A stretch of 64,000 nt of DNA from the human T2T-CHM13v2.0 reference genome, Homo sapiens, in NCBI RefSeq assembly GCF_009914755.1, contig NC_060927.1; one strand, 5' to 3'. The translations under genes and the position numbers were made by a program. Positions 58,071 to 64,000 of the stretch are shown here, in pieces. How positions within the stretch are numbered: the stretch's first letter is position 1; the number at the start of each line of letters is the position of its first letter. The notes under the pieces are model-generated. The model saw only the letters and a list, made by a program, of their open reading frames with translations. It did no database searches and was not told the DNA's origin.

Positions 58071-59023
58071 AGGGTTGTGGAGCTCTCACTCTGTGCTGGC
58101 TTGGAGTGCTGACTTGAAGGCGTCTCATGGAGTCCTCCCCAAACCTCTTAGAGGTGAGGGCATCGGCCCCTGGGGTCAGAGTGAAGAGGCCGAGGCTCAG
58201 GAGGTCAAGAGTAGCCCCGGTTGCACACCTAATGTTGTGGGGTGCTTGTCGCTTCCCCAGAGATCATCCCTTGGATTTTTCCCTCGGGACTTTGCTTCCC
58301 TTACTCCAAGCCATGCAGTTTGGATGGGAGGACCTCATTCTGATGGTGGCTGCATGGTGATTGCATGGTGAGCTGAGCTTCTCTAACCTGCCTTTCTCAG
58401 CCGAGGACTGCTGGCGGTGTTGCATGGTTCTCTCCCTGAGAGGAAGGTGGGACAGCCGTCAGTTGGCTGGTCTTTCAGCATAAGAGTTATTGCCAGCTGC
58501 CTGGAGAGGTTGACTAGATTGTTCCCTTGTTGGGCCAGTCTAGGAACAACTGAGGAGTCAGCCTGGCTCCCACCTGCCCTGCCCCAGCGTACCCTTGCTC
58601 CCGCCAGGGCTCACAGGACAAAGGGCTGGCGCTGGAGCACAGAGTGGACTCCTTTGGCATGTAGGAAGAGGGCTGTGCGGGTGAGTGGAGAGCTCTCAGT
58701 GAAAACACGTACCTTCCTGTAGCTTGGTTATCACTTGTAAATAACATATATGGGCTTCCATCTACACTGTTGGTCCATACCCATACATTTAGGGGTAGAC
58801 TTACTCACCACCATTCCCTTATCTTTCCCTCCCCACAATGAAATCGAGTAGGCCTATTGTGCTGGTGGTGGGGGTACAATCTTAAGGTAGAAGAAACAAA
58901 GAGGTGGCACTTCCATTGCGTATTTATCACACCTATGTCCAGTGGCCTCCCTCTGCACCAGCTCCTGGACTCCATGAGCTCCGTGGTACCCAACTGCTTA
59001 GACAGTTGACTAGATTAGCATAT

Positions 59024-59140
59024 TGTCAATCTAAGTAACAAACAGAGAGATTCTCTAAAAGCCCCTCTATTCCCAAATACTTGTTCTTGAATAAATATCA
59101 TTTTCTTTTAGAGAGCCTCTCTCTGTTATTTAGGTTGACA
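59024..59140. repeat. 117-bp inverted-repeat element made from two inverted ERV1-type LTR 3' ends
   Basis: Left arm tgtcaatctaagtaacaaacagagagattctctaaaag; right arm cttttagagagcctctctctgttatttaggttgaca (reverse complement TGTCAACCTAAATAACAGAGAGAGGCTCTCTAAAAG). Confidence 0.8.
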
Positions 59141-61067
59141 GTTCATTTGTTCATTCATTCATTCATTCATTCAGCCTAAAGATTTTCAGGCACTGGGCCA
59201 GGCATTGGCCTTTTCCAACTCATAACACTAAACTAATTTATCTCAAGTATTCAGAACAAAATTTTATGTTCCATGGGGAATTTTTAAGGATTTAGAAATT
59301 CAGATTAGTACTATTACTACTTCTTAAACTTATAAATTCCCACTCTCTTTGAGGGAAATCACATTAATTTTTGTTTTCATGTATCTAGAAAATTATCTTC
59401 CTGATTTGAAACAAAAATGTTTCCCTGATTCAGTCAGAATCACAGCTAAGATATTTACTGAAAGAATAAGTAACAACTACATACATGACAACTGAATAAA
59501 TAAGGAGAGAAATCTCTTCAAATAAGATGATGTAGGTTGATTCACCTAACCAAATTACGGTTATTTCATTAACTCTCCAAGCGAAATTCCAAAGCCTCAT
59601 TCTATTTGCTGAGGTAAATTTGTTTAACATGAAGCCCTGACACCCTTTAAAATAATTATGCTTCTAAATGAAAGTTTAATTTTTAATCATTTGCTTTGCT
59701 AAAATAGAAGCAAATGAGAGGATAATATGACAATTTAAAGGATTTGCAGTAGATCCCCTAGAGCTGGAGGAGACATGATTTTTTTCTGAGTACTGCTGAC
59801 TAGTATAGGAATTTTAAGTATGGTAATAGAACTACTTCCTCACAATGTTTGCTTCTTTGATGAAAATGGAACCAGAGGGAATTAGAAGCCCACAGAGGTG
59901 AGGCAGGTCAACGCTACCTGATCAATCGCCAACCTTAATGGAGACTGATCTTCTCTCCACCGTAACAGGTCCTCTAGTGGATTTCTGGACTTGAGATTCA
60001 GGGCACTGCAATGCAAGTTTCATTATAAAAATGAGCCAATTCTCAGTGAAACAGAATTAAAACAATTTTCATCTTAGAAGAGGTAGATGCTGTTGTGTAT
60101 TTGCAAATAATGAAATCTACACAATAGGAGGGACAGCTTAGTTCATCTCCTCTTTTGGCTAAATGCTGTGATTTTTGGTTTGTTTGCTTTTTAAGTCACT
60201 TTCCAGCAGTTGAATATGATATCTGCCCAGTTCAGGTTTAGAATGTGAATTCTTTTTAGAGATATTTTTAATCAGAATTACCAAACGATGAGCGAAAAAC
60301 AAAGCCCCTTTTAATTAATAACTCTCTGGATAATAGGCTTGATTAAGGAGTTTTACTCTCTTCGTTGTGACACACTCTTGCAAATAACCACTTTTTTCTC
60401 TTTGCAGGAATTGTGAATTGTTGCAATTCTCTTTACCTTTTCACATTCCTCATTGCTTCAGGTGGCAGAGGATACAATTTTCAATACCACCGGGTGCTTA
60501 TTTACTTAAGATAAGATGAAAACAGCATAGAAGGAAAATGTACTTGTAATTCTCTTTTGTAGGGCTGCTTCAAGAACTGAGCTCAGAGATTGAGGGCTCA
60601 TTTTACAGCGGCCTTGACTTGTAATCTATATTTTGTTTGATTAACTGTCCCTGGTCCTTTTAAAACTGGTGAGAGTGCAGTGACATTCACAGTAGTCGGA
60701 GTCTTTAGGAGTTCATATATGACTTTTCTAAAGCTTACTACCATTATTACTTATTGCACAAACAACCATAAGGCACTATTAATATAAATCAAAGTGAAAG
60801 GGAAAGTTCATCCACAATCTTAATCAAATTGTTTTCATTTTTCAAGTTTCCTCCCAAATCTTGTTTATGGACAGAAGAATTTTTTACACAGTTGTAATTG
60901 TAGGATAGATAAGATTTTGTATTTTACTTTTAAATGTAAAATATTATCCACATTTTTCAGTATTACATTATAGTCTTCACAATTAAAATGCTTATTTCAT
61001 TAAATGGTGAGACTCTAATTTAACCATTTTTCATTTATGAACATTTAGATTAAAAACATAGTATATA

Positions 61068-61545
<478 letters not shown>

Positions 61546-62038
61546 TTATATTCTTAATGAGTTGTACTTGTTTACGCTGCAATTTTTGACAATATCAGTT
61601 TTATCTGTTAGCATTGGGAATTCCCATTTAAATTTTTTTCCACTTGAACAGCTAGAAAGTGGCTATATTTTGACATCATTATATCATTGTCAGTAGACCA
61701 ATGAATGTTATCTCTTGCTCTCTTGGGAAAGAATGTGATGGCACTTCTTTAGATCCTTAAGTCATCATTTCATAAACTAATGATTAGGATACAACCAAGG
61801 GAAATATTATTTAGAAATCTTAGCATGATTTAATTTCTATTTTCTCATCTTCTCACTTTCTTTTATCTGTTTTTAGTTGGGGTGTTAGAAGCAGAAGGGG
61901 TCCCAGCAGGGATTAAAGGGGGATACAGTGCTACTGTTCCCCAAATTGTTCACCCAATGCCCTGTCATTCCCTATGTCTTTGCTTATGCCCTCCATTTAG
62001 CCTGGAAGACCCTTTCCTTTTGTCCCCATTTTAATGAC

Positions 62039-62900
<862 letters not shown>

Positions 62901-63094
62901 ATGACATAGAGCTTTGTCTTATATAATAAACATTAATTTTAGCCAACTTGCTGGACTTGAGAGAGTTGACATGTAACCATTGCTGACTGAAGCCCATGGC
63001 AGCCTGAATGCTTTGGTTGCCAGGGACTCATACTCCTGTCCTCTCTGCTTTGGTGGGCTGAGTTGTATGCTCCCAAACCTGCTGGTGCTAATTC

Positions 63095-63395
63095 TTTTTT
63101 TTTTTTTTTTTTTGGGACGGAGTCTTGCTCTGTCGCCCAGGCTAGAGTGCAGCGGCACAATCTCCGCTCACTGCAAGCTCCGCCTCCCGGGTTCATGCCA
63201 TTCTCCTGCCTCAGCCCCCCCGAGTAGCTGGGACTAGAGGCGCCCACCACCACGCCCAGCTAATTTTTTGTATTTTTAGTAGAGACGGGATTTCACCGTG
63301 TTAGCCAGGATGGTCTCCATCTCCTGACCTCGTGATCTGCCCGCCTCGGCTTCCCAAAGTGCTGGGATTACAGGCGTGAGCCACCGTGCCCGGCC
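63095..63395 (-). mobile_element. AluY
   Basis: ctgcaagctccgcctcccgggttcatgccattc, ttagccaggatggtctc; TSD ctaattct. Confidence 0.93.
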
Positions 63396-64000
63396 ACTAA
63401 TTCTATTGCTTATTATAATTATCCGTTTATATGTATTTTGGTACTATGTCAACAGGGGACATAAGACAGTGAACATGAAGAGAGCTGATCTTTCTACAAG
63501 AGCTGAATGCTTTGGAAACACTGAACAGTAATCACTGAAAAATGCCATGGAATTAGGTGAGTGAGGCAACTAAAGAGCAGAGAAGAACTGTAAAGGTTTA
63601 GAAGGTTTTTGGAGTCACATTACTCTGCCAGCCACTCTCAATTCTTCCTTTATGTTAAAGACTTAAAAACTAAACTTTACACATAGTGCATGGGGAAGAT
63701 GGCTTACTCAAGACTGCTGCCAGGACAACCTCCCAGCAGTGCTGTGCCCAGAGAAAAAGTGCTGGCTCGAAAGCAGAAGAGTGAAAGCGTAGGACTTGGC
63801 TTTAAATTAAAATAAGGTATTTCAGGTGTTGTTTTTTTATCCTATCTGATGATTCCTTGCATTGACTGAATTTTTTTTTACTGACCTAGTGCATCCAGTT
63901 CTATCAGATAAGAGAGCTTCTGTTACAACATTAGATAGGTGCCTGCACACTCATACACACAAGCATGCTGGGTGAAGCAGGCTACAAGCCTACTCATGAA

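Noticed and set aside
57319-58722. Pro/Arg/Gly-rich ORFs over the CpG island
   Set aside because: Expected from GC-rich sequence depleted of stop codons; no recognisable protein.

Overview
Primate (most likely human) genomic DNA, repeat-rich and non-coding, with no intact protein-coding exon recognised. Main contents: (1) about 24 Alu elements, L1/L2/L3 fragments, MaLR/ERVL LTRs and DNA-transposon fossils (MER2-type, MER63-type, MADE1). (2) A minus-strand processed pseudogene of CABYR (CR-A/CR-B spliced isoform, ~17505-18717), inserted in a MER2-type transposon that itself sits in an old MLT1-type LTR. (3) A 3'-truncated, internally deleted, tailless 7SK retropseudogene (36697-36848) inside a MER63-type element. 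(4) A two-LTR HERV-I/HERVIP10-type (LTR10-like, tRNA-Pro PBS) defective provirus (40042-46378). It lacks pro/RT, has a short pol fragment misplaced inside gag, carries an AluY, and shows a strong Trp-to-stop G>A pattern consistent with APOBEC3 hypermutation. (5) A CpG island/promoter at ~57.4-58.1 kb and a weaker CpG-rich element at ~3.7-4.05 kb. (6) A 117-bp fold-back element built from inverted LTR ends (59024-59140). Repeat-family names come from recalled consensus sequences, not from a database search. The locus and the gene driven by the CpG island were not identified.
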